DNA from: Verrucomicrobiaceae bacterium
Lineage (GTDB): Bacteria; Verrucomicrobiota; Verrucomicrobiia; Verrucomicrobiales; Akkermansiaceae
Reading direction: 5' to 3'
NCBI GenBank assembly: GCA_051252135.1
Contig: JBPOGH010000005.1
Span: 32,001-96,000, forward strand
Length of the DNA: 64,000 nucleotides
The first letter of the stretch is position 1, and each line of letters opens with the position of its first letter. Both the position numbers and the translations under genes were made by a program. The notes under the pieces are model-generated. The model had not been told where the DNA came from. It was given only the letters and a program-made list of their open reading frames with translations, and did no database searches. Positions 40,969-51,000 of the stretch are shown here, piece by piece.

Positions 40969-41334
40969 ATGCCCCCACCCAAAACCTGCCAACGCTGCGG
41001 CCGCCTCATCGAATGGCGCAAAAAATGGGAAACCAACTGGGACGATATCCGCTACTGCTCCGCCCAATGCCGTAAAAACAAACTCACCCCCACCGATCAC
41101 CAACTCGAACAAACCATCCTCGCCCTCCTCCAACAAATCCCGCGAGGAAAAACCATCTGCCCCAGCCAGGCCACCCGCCAACTCTTCCCCGAAGACCAAT
41201 GGCGCGACCAAATGGAACCCACCCGCCAAGCCGCCCGCCGCCTTGTCGCCCAACAAAAAATCGACATCCTCCAAAAAGGCAAAATCGTCGACCCCTCCAC
41301 CGCCAAAGGCCCCATCCGCCTCCGCTTAAAATAA
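40969..41334 (+). CDS. DUF2256 + DUF3253 fusion protein
   Basis: KTCQRCGR..WRKKW..WD.IRYCS..CR followed by KTICPS..R..QKG..VDP...GPIRL. Confidence 0.85.
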   Translation: MPPPKTCQRCGRLIEWRKKWETNWDDIRYCSAQCRKNKLTPTDHQLEQTILALLQQIPRGKTICPSQATRQLFPEDQWRDQMEPTRQAARRLVAQQKIDILQKGKIVDPSTAKGPIRLRLK

Positions 41335-41340
41335 CCCTTA

Positions 41341-41385
41341 GTGTCATATTTACACCTTTATCCTTGAAGGGTGTCATTTTTACAC
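41341..41385. promoter_or_regulatory. Two tandem NrtR-type operator palindromes
   Basis: GTGTCATATTTACAC (41341-41355) and GTGTCATTTTTACAC (41371-41385), 30 bp apart, with GT-N7-AC core, just upstream of nrtR. Confidence 0.8.
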
Positions 41386-41397
41386 TATAGGTAAGTC

Positions 41398-42087
41398 ATG
41401 AGCTTCACATACGACTACGCCAGACCCGCCCTCACCACCGACTGCGTCGTTTTCGGACTCGATGAAGACGACCTCAAAGTTCTCCTCATCCAACGCGCCA
41501 TCGCACCCTTCAAAAACCAGTGGGCCCTCCCCGGAGGCTTCATCCACGTCGGGGAGGATGTCGACACCTGCGCCCGCCGCGAACTCGAGGAAGAAACCGG
41601 CCTAAAAAACATCTTCCTCGAACAGCTCGCTACCATCGGCACCCCTGATCGCGACCCCCGCGAGCACGTCGTCACGGTTGCCTACTACGCCCTCGTCAAC
41701 CTCATCGAGCACCCACCCATCGCCGCCACCGATGCCAAAAACGCCGCCTGGTTCGCCCTCGATGACCTCCCCGCCCTCGCCTTCGATCACGCCGACATCC
41801 TCAAGCTCGCCCACCAGCGACTCCGCGGAAAAGTCCGCTACCAACCAGTCGGCTTCGAGCTCCTTCCCGAAAAGTTCACCCTCACCCAACTCCAACACCT
41901 CTACGAACTCATCCTCGAACAAACCCTCGATAAACGAAACTTCCGCAAGAAAGTCGCCAAACTCGGCATCCTTCGGGAAACGGATGAAGTCGAGCAAGAC
42001 GTCGCCCGCCGCGCCGCCCGCCTCTACCGCTTTGATCGATCCCGATACGATGACCTCATCCAACAAGGCATCAATTTCGAACTCTAA
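41398..42087 (+). CDS. nrtR: NrtR-family regulator (Nudix + winged HTH)
   Basis: [17 protein letters not shown]udix box, RDPR, LAFDH, FTLTQLQ..YE and DKRNFRK motifs. Confidence 0.93.
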   Translation: MSFTYDYARPALTTDCVVFGLDEDDLKVLLIQRAIAPFKNQWALPGGFIHVGEDVDTCARRELEEETGLKNIFLEQLATIGTPDRDPREHVVTVAYYALVNLIEHPPIAATDAKNAAWFALDDLPALAFDHADILKLAHQRLRGKVRYQPVGFELLPEKFTLTQLQHLYELILEQTLDKRNFRKKVAKLGILRETDEVEQDVARRAARLYRFDRSRYDDLIQQGINFEL

Positions 42088-42113
42088 CTCCAACTTCTCA
42101 ACAACTTAGAACC

Positions 42114-43280
42114 ATGATCTTTCCAAAAACCATTCAAGACGGCCAAGCAGTCATTCGCTGGAACGCAAACGGAACCCGTGACCTCATCACCGGACCCACC
42201 ACCATCTTCGCCCCCTTCGCGAGAATCGAACCCCTCCACCGCATCAATGCGGCTGAAGGCGAATACCTCGTCATCACCTTCCGCGATGGCCACACCGAAC
42301 ACCAACCCGGCCCCTGCGCCCTCTGGTTTGACCCCCTCCTTCACCAGACCATCAACCCGAAAAAGGCCACCAACCTCGATGCGCACGAGGCCGTCGTCAT
42401 CTACAACGAAGACAACGGCAAAGTCACCCACCGCATCCTCCACGGACCCGCCGTCTACATCCCCACCCCCACCGAAACCCTCCACCAGTTCCAATGGCAT
42501 GGAGATAACGGACAAGGCGTCAAAGTCCCCGGAGCCCTCCGCTTCGAAAAACTCCGCGTCATCCCCGATCAAATGTATTTCGATGTCGCCGGCGTCCGCA
42601 CCGCGGATGAAGCCCTCATCAAAGTAAAACTCATGGTCTTCTTCGAGCTCGCCGATATCGAACGCATGCTCAAGGAAACTCACGACCCCGTCGCGGACTT
42701 CATCAACGCCCTCACCGCCGACGTCATTCGCTTCGCCGGTGGCTGCGATTTTGAAACCTTCAAAACCCGCGCCCCCGAGCTCAACAAACTCGAAACCTAC
42801 CGCGCCCTTGTCGAAGGCGCCGCCCGCATCGGCTACAGCATCCATAAGGTCGTCTACCGCGGCTACACCGCCAGCGCAAAACTCCAGGAAATGCACGACC
42901 ACGCCATCGAAACCCGCACTCGCCTCGTCCTCGAAACCGAGATCGAAGAACAACAACAGGAACTCACCGACCTCAAACAAACCAAGGAGCATGAACGAGC
43001 CGACGAACAACGCCTCGAACAAGAGCGCACCCTCACCCACGGCCTCGACCAAGCCCGCAAAGAACACGAGCAACAACTCGCCTTCACCCAGGAAACCCAG
43101 GCCGCCGAAAAAACCCACCGCGAAGAACTCCTCCGCCTCCAACAAGAGGAATGGAATCACCTCAAAGAACTCGGCACCGACCTCACCGCCGTCCTCGTCG
43201 CCAAAGAACACAACCCCGACAAAACCATCCGCTTGGACACCACCAAAAACACCCCGCTCCACCTACACGAAGCAATCTAA
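42114..43280 (+). CDS. SPFH-like protein with N-terminal beta repeats and coiled coil, resembling major vault protein
   Basis: Three GP-containing beta repeats, RTADEALIKVKL..DPVADFINAL shoulder/SPFH-like segment, long E/Q-rich coiled coil. Confidence 0.7.
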   Translation: MIFPKTIQDGQAVIRWNANGTRDLITGPTTIFAPFARIEPLHRINAAEGEYLVITFRDGHTEHQPGPCALWFDPLLHQTINPKKATNLDAHEAVVIYNEDNGKVTHRILHGPAVYIPTPTETLHQFQWHGDNGQGVKVPGALRFEKLRVIPDQMYFDVAGVRTADEALIKVKLMVFFELADIERMLKETHDPVADFINALTADVIRFAGGCDFETFKTRAPELNKLETYRALVEGAARIGYSIHKVVYRGYTASAKLQEMHDHAIETRTRLVLETEIEEQQQELTDLKQTKEHERADEQRLEQERTLTHGLDQARKEHEQQLAFTQETQAAEKTHREELLRLQQEEWNHLKELGTDLTAVLVAKEHNPDKTIRLDTTKNTPLHLHEAI

Positions 43281-43300
43281 ACCAAAGAGCGAAAATTACT

Positions 43301-44101
43301 ATGAAATGGAATGAGTTTAAAGAAGCTGTCGCAGACGAACTTCCCACTACTACAAAGTGGTCGTTGAGCAACGGCAACAAGAAGGGACGAATGCTATTTA
43401 GGGGCCAAGAGGATGAATCATGGTCATTGAAAACCACTTTAGAACGAGCAAATGGCCGAGAAAAGGATCTACTCTCATACGCTCGAACTTGCTTGAGTGC
43501 CAAACGATACATGGGCAGTATCCTCTCGAAAGATTTTGGGTTGGAGCAGTCTGAAAAAACAATAGACTGCAAGCCATTCGAAAAATTTCCAAATCTCGAA
43601 CTATCGGTCTACCTCCGCCACCATGGGTTTCCTTCACCACTTTTAGATTGGACCGAATCACCCTTTGTTGCAGCCTATTTTGCCCTCGCTGCGAACCCAA
43701 ACAGTAGTTCTGACGCAGCCATTTTTGGTTATCGTCCATTTGAAGAGGTTACCCTCGGAGAGAGTGGTCGATACTATTCACAGCTAGACAGCGACATTTG
43801 GACGGTTGGTCCCTGGATCGAAACACATGAGCGACACGTAGCCCAGCTGTGTCAATACACATGTTGCATCTCGACCGACGAAGACAATTGCGAATTCAGC
43901 AGCCATCAGGAAATATTTTCGAAGTTCCTACAGGAGGAAACACCTCAAAAGAATCACTTTAAGTGGGTCATCGACTCATCGGAACGGCACACAGCAATTG
44001 CAGACTTATTCAATATGAACATTACTCCATACAGCCTTTTTCGAACCCAAGACGCAGCAGCAAAAACAGCAGCAATGAAACTCTTTGGTGAACATGTCTA
44101 A
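43301..44101 (+). CDS. FRG domain protein
   Basis: LFRGQ and RHHGFPSPLLDWTESPFVAAYFA motifs; start ATG 43301; AT-rich, non-host codon usage. Confidence 0.9.
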   Translation: MKWNEFKEAVADELPTTTKWSLSNGNKKGRMLFRGQEDESWSLKTTLERANGREKDLLSYARTCLSAKRYMGSILSKDFGLEQSEKTIDCKPFEKFPNLELSVYLRHHGFPSPLLDWTESPFVAAYFALAANPNSSSDAAIFGYRPFEEVTLGESGRYYSQLDSDIWTVGPWIETHERHVAQLCQYTCCISTDEDNCEFSSHQEIFSKFLQEETPQKNHFKWVIDSSERHTAIADLFNMNITPYSLFRTQDAAAKTAAMKLFGEHV

Positions 44102-45173
44102 CAAAATCGAAGGCCTCCTCCTCGGCATCGCCGTCGCCGACTCCATCGGTCTCCCCACCGAAGGAATGTCTCCCGCAAAGATCAAAAACCTCGGCTGGGC
44201 CAAAAACCTAAAACACCGCTTCCTCTTCGGTCGCGGCATGTGGAGCGATGACACCGAGCAAACCATCATGCTCACCCAAGCCCTTCTTTCTTCAAAAGGT
44301 GACCTCAACAAATTCACCCGCTCCTTCGCCTGGGAACTCCGCTGGTGGATTCTCGGTATGCCCGCTGCCACAGGCATGGCTACTGCCCGGGCCATCATCA
44401 AACTCTGGCTCGGCATTCCTCCTCATAAATCCGGAGTCTTCTCAGCCGGCAATGGTTCCGCTATGAGAACCGCCCCCATCGCCGCGATGTTCCCCAATGA
44501 TACCGATAAGCGCCGCACCTTCACCGAAGCCCAAACCCGCATCACCCACTCCGACCCAAAAGCCTCCATTGGAGCAATTGCGATCACGGAACTCACCGCT
44601 CTTCTCTTAAATTGCGACACTCTCCCGCAGACGCACGAAGTCATCGATCTACTCCGCTCAATTTCAGACGATGCAGAATGGAACTCTATCGTCCAAGCCA
44701 TTCACGACGTTTCGCAAAACAATCAGGATATCCCAGCCCTTCTAAATCGAATCGGAAGACGCCCCGAAAAAGGAATCAGTGGTTACGTCTACCAGACTGT
44801 TCCCTGTGTAATTCTCTCTGGGCTCAAGAACGAATGGGATTTTAGAGCGACAGTCAAAGAAATCATCGCCGAAGGAGGAGACACCGATACGACCGCCGCT
44901 ATCGCCGGAGCACTTTGCGGTGCTTACGGCGGAACCGCCAGCATTCCCCCCGCATGGATCGGCCCACTCAACGAGTGGCCCACGACTCGAAACGATCTTT
45001 CTATCTTAGCGCGAGCGCTCTCGAGTCACTCGCCGGTGCGAATTCGTAGAAGATGGTCCCCTTTCCTCCTCCTGCGGAATGTCATATTCCTTGCGACGGT
45101 CCTGATTCACGCTCTTGCGCGATTTCTGCCATTCTATCTACTTAAGTCAAAGGACCATCCATCTCACGAGTAA
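44094..45173 (+). CDS. ADP-ribosylglycohydrolase (DraG/ARH family)
   Basis: AVADSIGLPTE, WSDDTE, GNGSAMR, ITH and GGDTDTTAAIAGAL motifs. Confidence 0.92.
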   Translation: MSNKIEGLLLGIAVADSIGLPTEGMSPAKIKNLGWAKNLKHRFLFGRGMWSDDTEQTIMLTQALLSSKGDLNKFTRSFAWELRWWILGMPAATGMATARAIIKLWLGIPPHKSGVFSAGNGSAMRTAPIAAMFPNDTDKRRTFTEAQTRITHSDPKASIGAIAITELTALLLNCDTLPQTHEVIDLLRSISDDAEWNSIVQAIHDVSQNNQDIPALLNRIGRRPEKGISGYVYQTVPCVILSGLKNEWDFRATVKEIIAEGGDTDTTAAIAGALCGAYGGTASIPPAWIGPLNEWPTTRNDLSILARALSSHSPVRIRRRWSPFLLLRNVIFLATVLIHALARFLPFYLLKSKDHPSHE

Positions 45174-45561
45174 GCAGCTCGACCTGCAATTCGGACACCT
45201 TCGCCATTTCCAAAAAGTCCCTGTCGAAGGTCACAATCGTCGCACTTCTCTCGATCCCGATCGCGCCAATCGCGAGATCAATCGCCCCCGGGGTGACGCC
45301 GCCATCCCGGCACTGCTGTCCTAAACGGGTTGCTGTTTCCCACAATGAGGAAGGCTGGGAGAGGTAAGGCATCGTTGCAAACTGCGCTTCGATTTTGCTA
45401 CGGTCATCCTTCCGTGCCTCTCGGAGAACTTCGAAGGCGATGGGACCACAAAGGCAGGCATCTCGATGGAGGACCTCTCGTCTGACCTGCTCTTTGACCG
45501 AGCGGGGAGTTTTCGAGCGAAAGAGATCGATCCAGAGCGAGCTATCAATCAATCTTGCCAC
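45142..45561 (-). CDS. vapC: PIN-domain toxin (VapC-like)
   Basis: LIDSSLWI, EVL, IDLAIGA and VTFDRDF acidic PIN motifs. Confidence 0.88.
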   Translation of the reverse strand: MARLIDSSLWIDLFRSKTPRSVKEQVRREVLHRDACLCGPIAFEVLREARKDDRSKIEAQFATMPYLSQPSSLWETATRLGQQCRDGGVTPGAIDLAIGAIGIERSATIVTFDRDFLEMAKVSELQVELLTREMDGPLT

Positions 45562-45791
45562 AATCCACGTAAGATAGAGGTCCCCTGACGTTCGTTGGCA
45601 CGAGAGTTCTCGAAGTCTTCAAGCTCTGCGCTCCATTCACCAGAAACGAATTGATCGCTGATCTTCCTTCGTTTCTCCATCATGATCGCGTCAGTGACGA
45701 CCTTGCGGACCGCAGGACCTTTCTTCGTCTCACCCGTCAAAGCGCACAGCTCGGAAATCTCCGCAGGATCAAGTTCTACCGTCACTTTCAT
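45549..45791 (-). CDS. vapB: VapB-like antitoxin
   Basis: 80 aa, MKVTVELD..LTGETKKG.AV ribbon-helix-helix-like start; overlaps the vapC start. Confidence 0.8.
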   Translation of the reverse strand: MKVTVELDPAEISELCALTGETKKGPAVRKVVTDAIMMEKRRKISDQFVSGEWSAELEDFENSRANERQGTSILRGLWQD

Positions 45792-45921
45792 TGCCCAGAC
45801 CCTATCCTAATCCTAAAAAATATCAATTTTTTCCTACTTTTCCGACAGAAACTACGACTCTTCATCTTCATCCAATAATTCTGTTCATTCGCCTCAAAAT
45901 TATCCACCACCCCTCATCGCC

Positions 45922-46944
45922 ATGCTCAATCTCCTCTACCCCGCCGCACGCAGCATTCTCTTCCGAATCGACGCAGAAAAGGCCCACCACCTCTCCATGG
46001 CCGGACTCCGCTTCGCGGAAAAAACCTCTCTCCTCTCCGCCCTCACCTCGGAACCCGAATCCAAGCCCGTCACCCTCGCCGGAATCACCTTCCCCAACCC
46101 CGTGGGACTCGCCGCCGGACTCGATAAGGAAGCCAACACCATCGACGCCCTCGGCCGCCTCGGCTTCGGCCATGTCGAGGTCGGCACCCTCACCCCCAAA
46201 CCCCAGGACGGAAACGACGCCCCCCGCCTCTTCCGCCTCCCCGAGCACCAGGCCCTCATCAACCGCATGGGCTTCAACAATCCCGGCATCGACCAGGGCC
46301 TCGCCAACGCCCGATCCTCCGAATCCTTCAAAGGCATCGTCGGCATCAACATCGGAAAAAACAAAGCCACCCCCAACGAGCAGGCCAATGACGACTACGC
46401 CATCGCCTTCGAAAAAGCCTACCCCTGGGCCGACTACATCACCGCCAACTTCTCCTCCCCCAACACCCCCGGCCTCCGCGAACTCCAATCCGAGGACGCC
46501 GCCGGACGCCTGTTAGAGGTCCTCAAAAACCTCCAGACAAAACTCCACCGCGAAACCGGACGCTACGTCCCCTTCGCCCTCAAAGTCGCTCCCGATCTCG
46601 ACGAAACCGAAATCGCCACCCTCTCCCGCGTCTTCAAAAACGGCGGCCTCGACATCCTCATCGCCACCAACACCACCCTCGCCCGCGACGCCGTCAAAGA
46701 CCACCCCAACGCCAACGAAGCAGGCGGCCTCTCCGGTGCCCCCCTCACCCATCACGCCACCGAGGTCATCGCCCAATTCCACTCCCACCTCGGAAACGAC
46801 CTCCCCATCATCGGCGCCGGCGGCATCTTCTCCGCCCAAGACGCCCTCGCCAAGCGCGACGCCGGAGCCCAACTCGTCCAACTCTACACCGGCTTCGTCT
46901 ACCGCGGCCCCGCCCTCATCCAGGAAATCATCCGCGCCTGGTAA
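45922..46944 (+). CDS. pyrD: Quinone-dependent dihydroorotate dehydrogenase
   Basis: NPVGLAAGLDK, INRMGFNN, NFSSPNTPGLR and GGLSG motifs. Confidence 0.97.
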   Translation: MLNLLYPAARSILFRIDAEKAHHLSMAGLRFAEKTSLLSALTSEPESKPVTLAGITFPNPVGLAAGLDKEANTIDALGRLGFGHVEVGTLTPKPQDGNDAPRLFRLPEHQALINRMGFNNPGIDQGLANARSSESFKGIVGINIGKNKATPNEQANDDYAIAFEKAYPWADYITANFSSPNTPGLRELQSEDAAGRLLEVLKNLQTKLHRETGRYVPFALKVAPDLDETEIATLSRVFKNGGLDILIATNTTLARDAVKDHPNANEAGGLSGAPLTHHATEVIAQFHSHLGNDLPIIGAGGIFSAQDALAKRDAGAQLVQLYTGFVYRGPALIQEIIRAW

Positions 46945-47057
46945 AAAATATGGAGAGTGGATAAAATGCCCTTGGCTACATTCCTGTCCGCCTTCATCAA
47001 GCAGGCCCCACAACCCGGCAATTCTTAATTCCTAATTGCAAATTCTTAATCTCTCTC

Positions 47058-47933
47058 ATGAACGCCACCGAAAAAGCCCGCGTCCTCACCGAAGCCCTCC
47101 CCTACCTCCAGCGCTTCCGTGGAAAAACCTTTCTCATCAAAATGGGCGGCTCCGCCATGGACAATCCCGACCTCGTCCGCGAAGTCATGCGCGATATCGT
47201 CTTCCTCGAGGTCGCCGGCATCAAGCCTGTCATCGTCCACGGAGGCGGTAAGGCCATCTCCGCCGCCATGGAAAAGGCCGGCCTCGAAGCCAAATTCATC
47301 GGCGGCTTCCGCGTCACCACCCCCGAAGCCATCGAGATCGTCGAAGCCACCCTCCACGGCGAGATCAACCAAGGCCTCGTCCAAACCCTCACCGACTTCA
47401 ACGCCAAAGCCACCTCCGTCCACGGAACCTCCGTCTTCTCCGCCGACCAACTCATGGGCACCGATGACAACGGACAACCCGCCGATATCGGCCGCGTCGG
47501 ACAAGCCACTTCCTGCCACATCGAGGACATCCTCTACGCCCTCAGCACCGGTGGCGTCCCCGTCGTCTCCCCCCTCGGACGGCAAAATGGCACCGGCCAC
47601 ACCCTCAATATCAACGCCGATCTCGCCGCCGCCGCCCTCGCCTGTGCCCTCAAACCCGCCAAGCTCGTCTACCTCTCCGATGTCCCCGGCCTCATGCAGG
47701 ACCCCTCGGATCCAGACACCCTCATCCACTCCGTCACCCGCACCGAAGCCAACGATCTCATGGCCGATGGCACCATCTCCGGCGGCATGATCCCCAAGGT
47801 CACTTCCGCCCTCGATGCCCTCTCCGCCGGGGTCGAAAAGGTCCACTTTATCGACGGCCGCGTCCCCCACACCCTCCTCCTCGAAATCTTTACCCAGTCG
47901 GGAATCGGCACCGAAATCCGCGAAACCCGATAG
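47058..47933 (+). CDS. argB: Acetylglutamate kinase
   Basis: EALPYLQRF, IKMGGSAM, VHGGG, NINAD and GGMIPKV motifs. Confidence 0.97.
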   Translation: MNATEKARVLTEALPYLQRFRGKTFLIKMGGSAMDNPDLVREVMRDIVFLEVAGIKPVIVHGGGKAISAAMEKAGLEAKFIGGFRVTTPEAIEIVEATLHGEINQGLVQTLTDFNAKATSVHGTSVFSADQLMGTDDNGQPADIGRVGQATSCHIEDILYALSTGGVPVVSPLGRQNGTGHTLNINADLAAAALACALKPAKLVYLSDVPGLMQDPSDPDTLIHSVTRTEANDLMADGTISGGMIPKVTSALDALSAGVEKVHFIDGRVPHTLLLEIFTQSGIGTEIRETR

Positions 47934-48031
47934 CTCCGCACCGGCTTGTAGCCTAAACAAGCGACACCATTCCCGAAATGGCCCTTTGCACGTGTGTATT
48001 GACCATGTAGGTTGTTTGAAACACACGTTTC

Positions 48032-51000
48032 ATGCTTCGGACCTTTCTACTTTCCTCCTTCATCCTTGGGACCACCCACGGACAAATCGTCATCAACGAG
48101 TTCTCAGCCTCCACCGCAGAGCGCAATCTCCGCTGGGATGCCAACGACCAACCTTTCGCCGGCTCCGGCCCCGCCTGGTGGGCTCCCACCTTTGATGACA
48201 CCGATTGGATCGATGGCAGCGCCCCCATCGGCTACTCCCTCGGCTCCCTCTCCACCAACCTTTTCTCCACTCTACGAAACGTTTCCCCTTCCTTCTACAC
48301 CCGCACCACCTTTGACGTCTCCGCCGGAGAAGCATCCTCATCCAGCCCCCTCCGCCTCAACATCAATTACAACGACGGATTCATCGCCTGGATCAACGGC
48401 ATCGAGGTCGCCCGCTCCAACATGGGCGCTCCCAAAAGCCACATCTACCACGACCAGCTTTCCTACGTCGAAAGCACCCTCTCCACCAACACCCAGACCT
48501 TCAATCTCCCCATCGCCTCCAGCCTCCTCGTCGAGGGAGACAATGTCATCGCCATCCAGATCAACAACAACACCATCGATGGCAACATGCGCCTCGATCT
48601 GGAACTCGAGATCAACAACCCCTCCGGAAACGACCCCCATCTCGTCAACTTCGGCTCCCCCCTCAAATACCGGCCCGGCCTCACCGAGCCCAGCTCGGAC
48701 CTCGTCGAACCCGCCGCTCTCGCCGAAGGCCCCTCCGACTGGATCGAACTCCACAACCCCACCGCCTCCCCCGTCAACCTCACCGGCTGGACCCTTTCCG
48801 ACGCTCCCAATCTGATCTCAAAATGGACCTTCCCATCCGGAACCACCATCGGAGCCGGAGGATACCTCGTCATCCTCGCTGACGATCCGGACGCCCCCAT
48901 TCCCGGAGCCACCTACCTCCATTCCAATTTCAAACTGGGAAGCACCGGGGACGATATCGGCCTCTACGACGCCAGCGGCACCACCATTGATGAACTCGCT
49001 TCCGAGTACCCCAATCAATACCCTAACTACTCCTACGGCCGCGACCCCTCCGGCCAGTTCGCCTTCCACGCCACCCCCAGCCCCGGCAAACCAAACACCG
49101 GCCTCACCTTCTCCGGTAAGGCGGATGCCCCGGACTTCGATAACAAGGGCGGCTTCTATGACAACCCCGTCTCCGTCACCCTCACCTCCCAAACTCCCGA
49201 CGTCCTCATCCGCTACACCACCGACGGCACCGTCCCCACCATGACCAATGGTCTCACTTACTTCTCTCCCCTTTCCCTCGCCCAAGTCACCAACCGTAAA
49301 GGCCACGTCATCCGCGCCCGCTCCTTTAAGGACGGCTTCATCGCCTCAAACATCAAGACCAACACCTACCTCATCGGCCAGGACGCCCGCCTCCGCACCA
49401 GCCCCTCCCTCATCTACGCCGGCGACCCCCAACGCTCCCTCTACGATCCCTTCGGCGTCATGGCCATCGGCGGCGGAACCTACTCAAACAACCAATGGCA
49501 GTCCTCCCAGCCGACGGATTACAACAACGTCATCAACCGCGGCCAGGCCTACGAGCGCCCCATCCACGCCGAGTTCTACTTCGCCGATGGCACCGTCGGC
49601 TTCCGCAGTGATGTCGGCCTCCGCGTCGCCGCCAGCTCCTACTCCCGCCCAAGGATGACCCTCAACCAGACCGCCTCTTCCCCCTGGCCGGACAACCCCA
49701 CCGAAAAACCGTCCTTCAACCTCTACTTCCGCGACGACTACGGAAACCCCTCCGTCAACCTCCCCCTCAACGGCCCTGCCCGCACCTTCAGCAAGTACGA
49801 ACGTTTTCGGATACGCGCCGGAAAAAACGACATCAGAAACCCCTTCGTCATCGATGAACTGATCCGCCGCCTCAGCCATGACATGGGAAATGGCGCCAGC
49901 CTCGGCGTCATCAACAGCCTCTACGTCAATGGCGACCTCAAGGGCTTCTACAACATGGTCGAGCGCCTCCGCGAACCCTTCTTCCAGTCACTCCACAGCA
50001 CCGACCCCAACGCCCAATGGGACGTCCTCCAATTCGAGGGCGAGGATAACGTCGCCGAAGGAGACTATGTCGCCTGGGACGACATGATCAGCCGCCTCAA
50101 CGCCTCCACCACCACCGCCAACTGGGAACGGGTCCTCGAGGTCGCCGATGTCGCCAACATGGCCGACTACTACCTCCTCAACATCTACGGAGCCACCTGG
50201 GACTGGCCTCACAACAACTGGGTCGCAGCCAAAGAGCGCTCCCCTGAAGGCCGCTACCGCCTCTACGTCTGGGATGCCGAAGGAGCCATGGGCCTCTACA
50301 ACAACCGCCTCGCCTCCCAGGAAATGATCAACACCTACATCCTCGGCACCTCCAATGGACTGGGTGGACAAAACGGCACCGAGGGCGAACTCCGTGACCT
50401 CTGGCGCGGACTCAACCGCTGGGAGGAATTCCGCATCCTCTTCGCCGACCGGATCCACAAGCACATGTTCAATGACGGAATCCTTGATGACCGCGATGGT
50501 GACAACTCCCAGGTCAAAGCCCGCTTTGACGGCCTCGTCGATGAATTCTCGGACCTCCTCAGCATCATGAACGGACAATCCGTTCAGACTTCGAGAGTCA
50601 CCGCTTGGCTCAATCCCAACAACGGCCGCCGCACCTATCTCCTCGGACCTAATCGGGAAGAGTTCCGCGATAACGATCTCTGGCCCGAAACAGCCCCTCC
50701 CGTCTTTAGCAAATTTGGCGGCAGCGTCCCCCAGGGAGGCTCCCTCGTCATCACCAATGAAGCCGGAGACTACTTCTACACCACCGACGGCTCCGACCCC
50801 CGCCTCCCCGGCGGCACCGCAAACCCCAACGCCACCCAACAGGCCGGCTCCCTCATCGACGTCAACCTTCTCCCTCTTGGCAGCGTCTGGAAGCACAACG
50901 CTGTCGACGGCGACCTCGGCACCTCCTGGAAAAATGCCGCCTACGACGACTCACTTTGGCTCTCCGGTCCCGCCCCCCTCGGCTACGGAAACGTTCGCGA

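Noticed and set aside
43151..43300. N-terminal extension of the FRG ORF
   Set aside because: Overlaps the upstream gene in another frame; ATG 43301 is the plausible start
47991..48027. cgtgtgt...acacacg inverted repeat upstream of the second CotH gene
   Set aside because: Only 7-bp arms, with no second copy or known motif to support an operator
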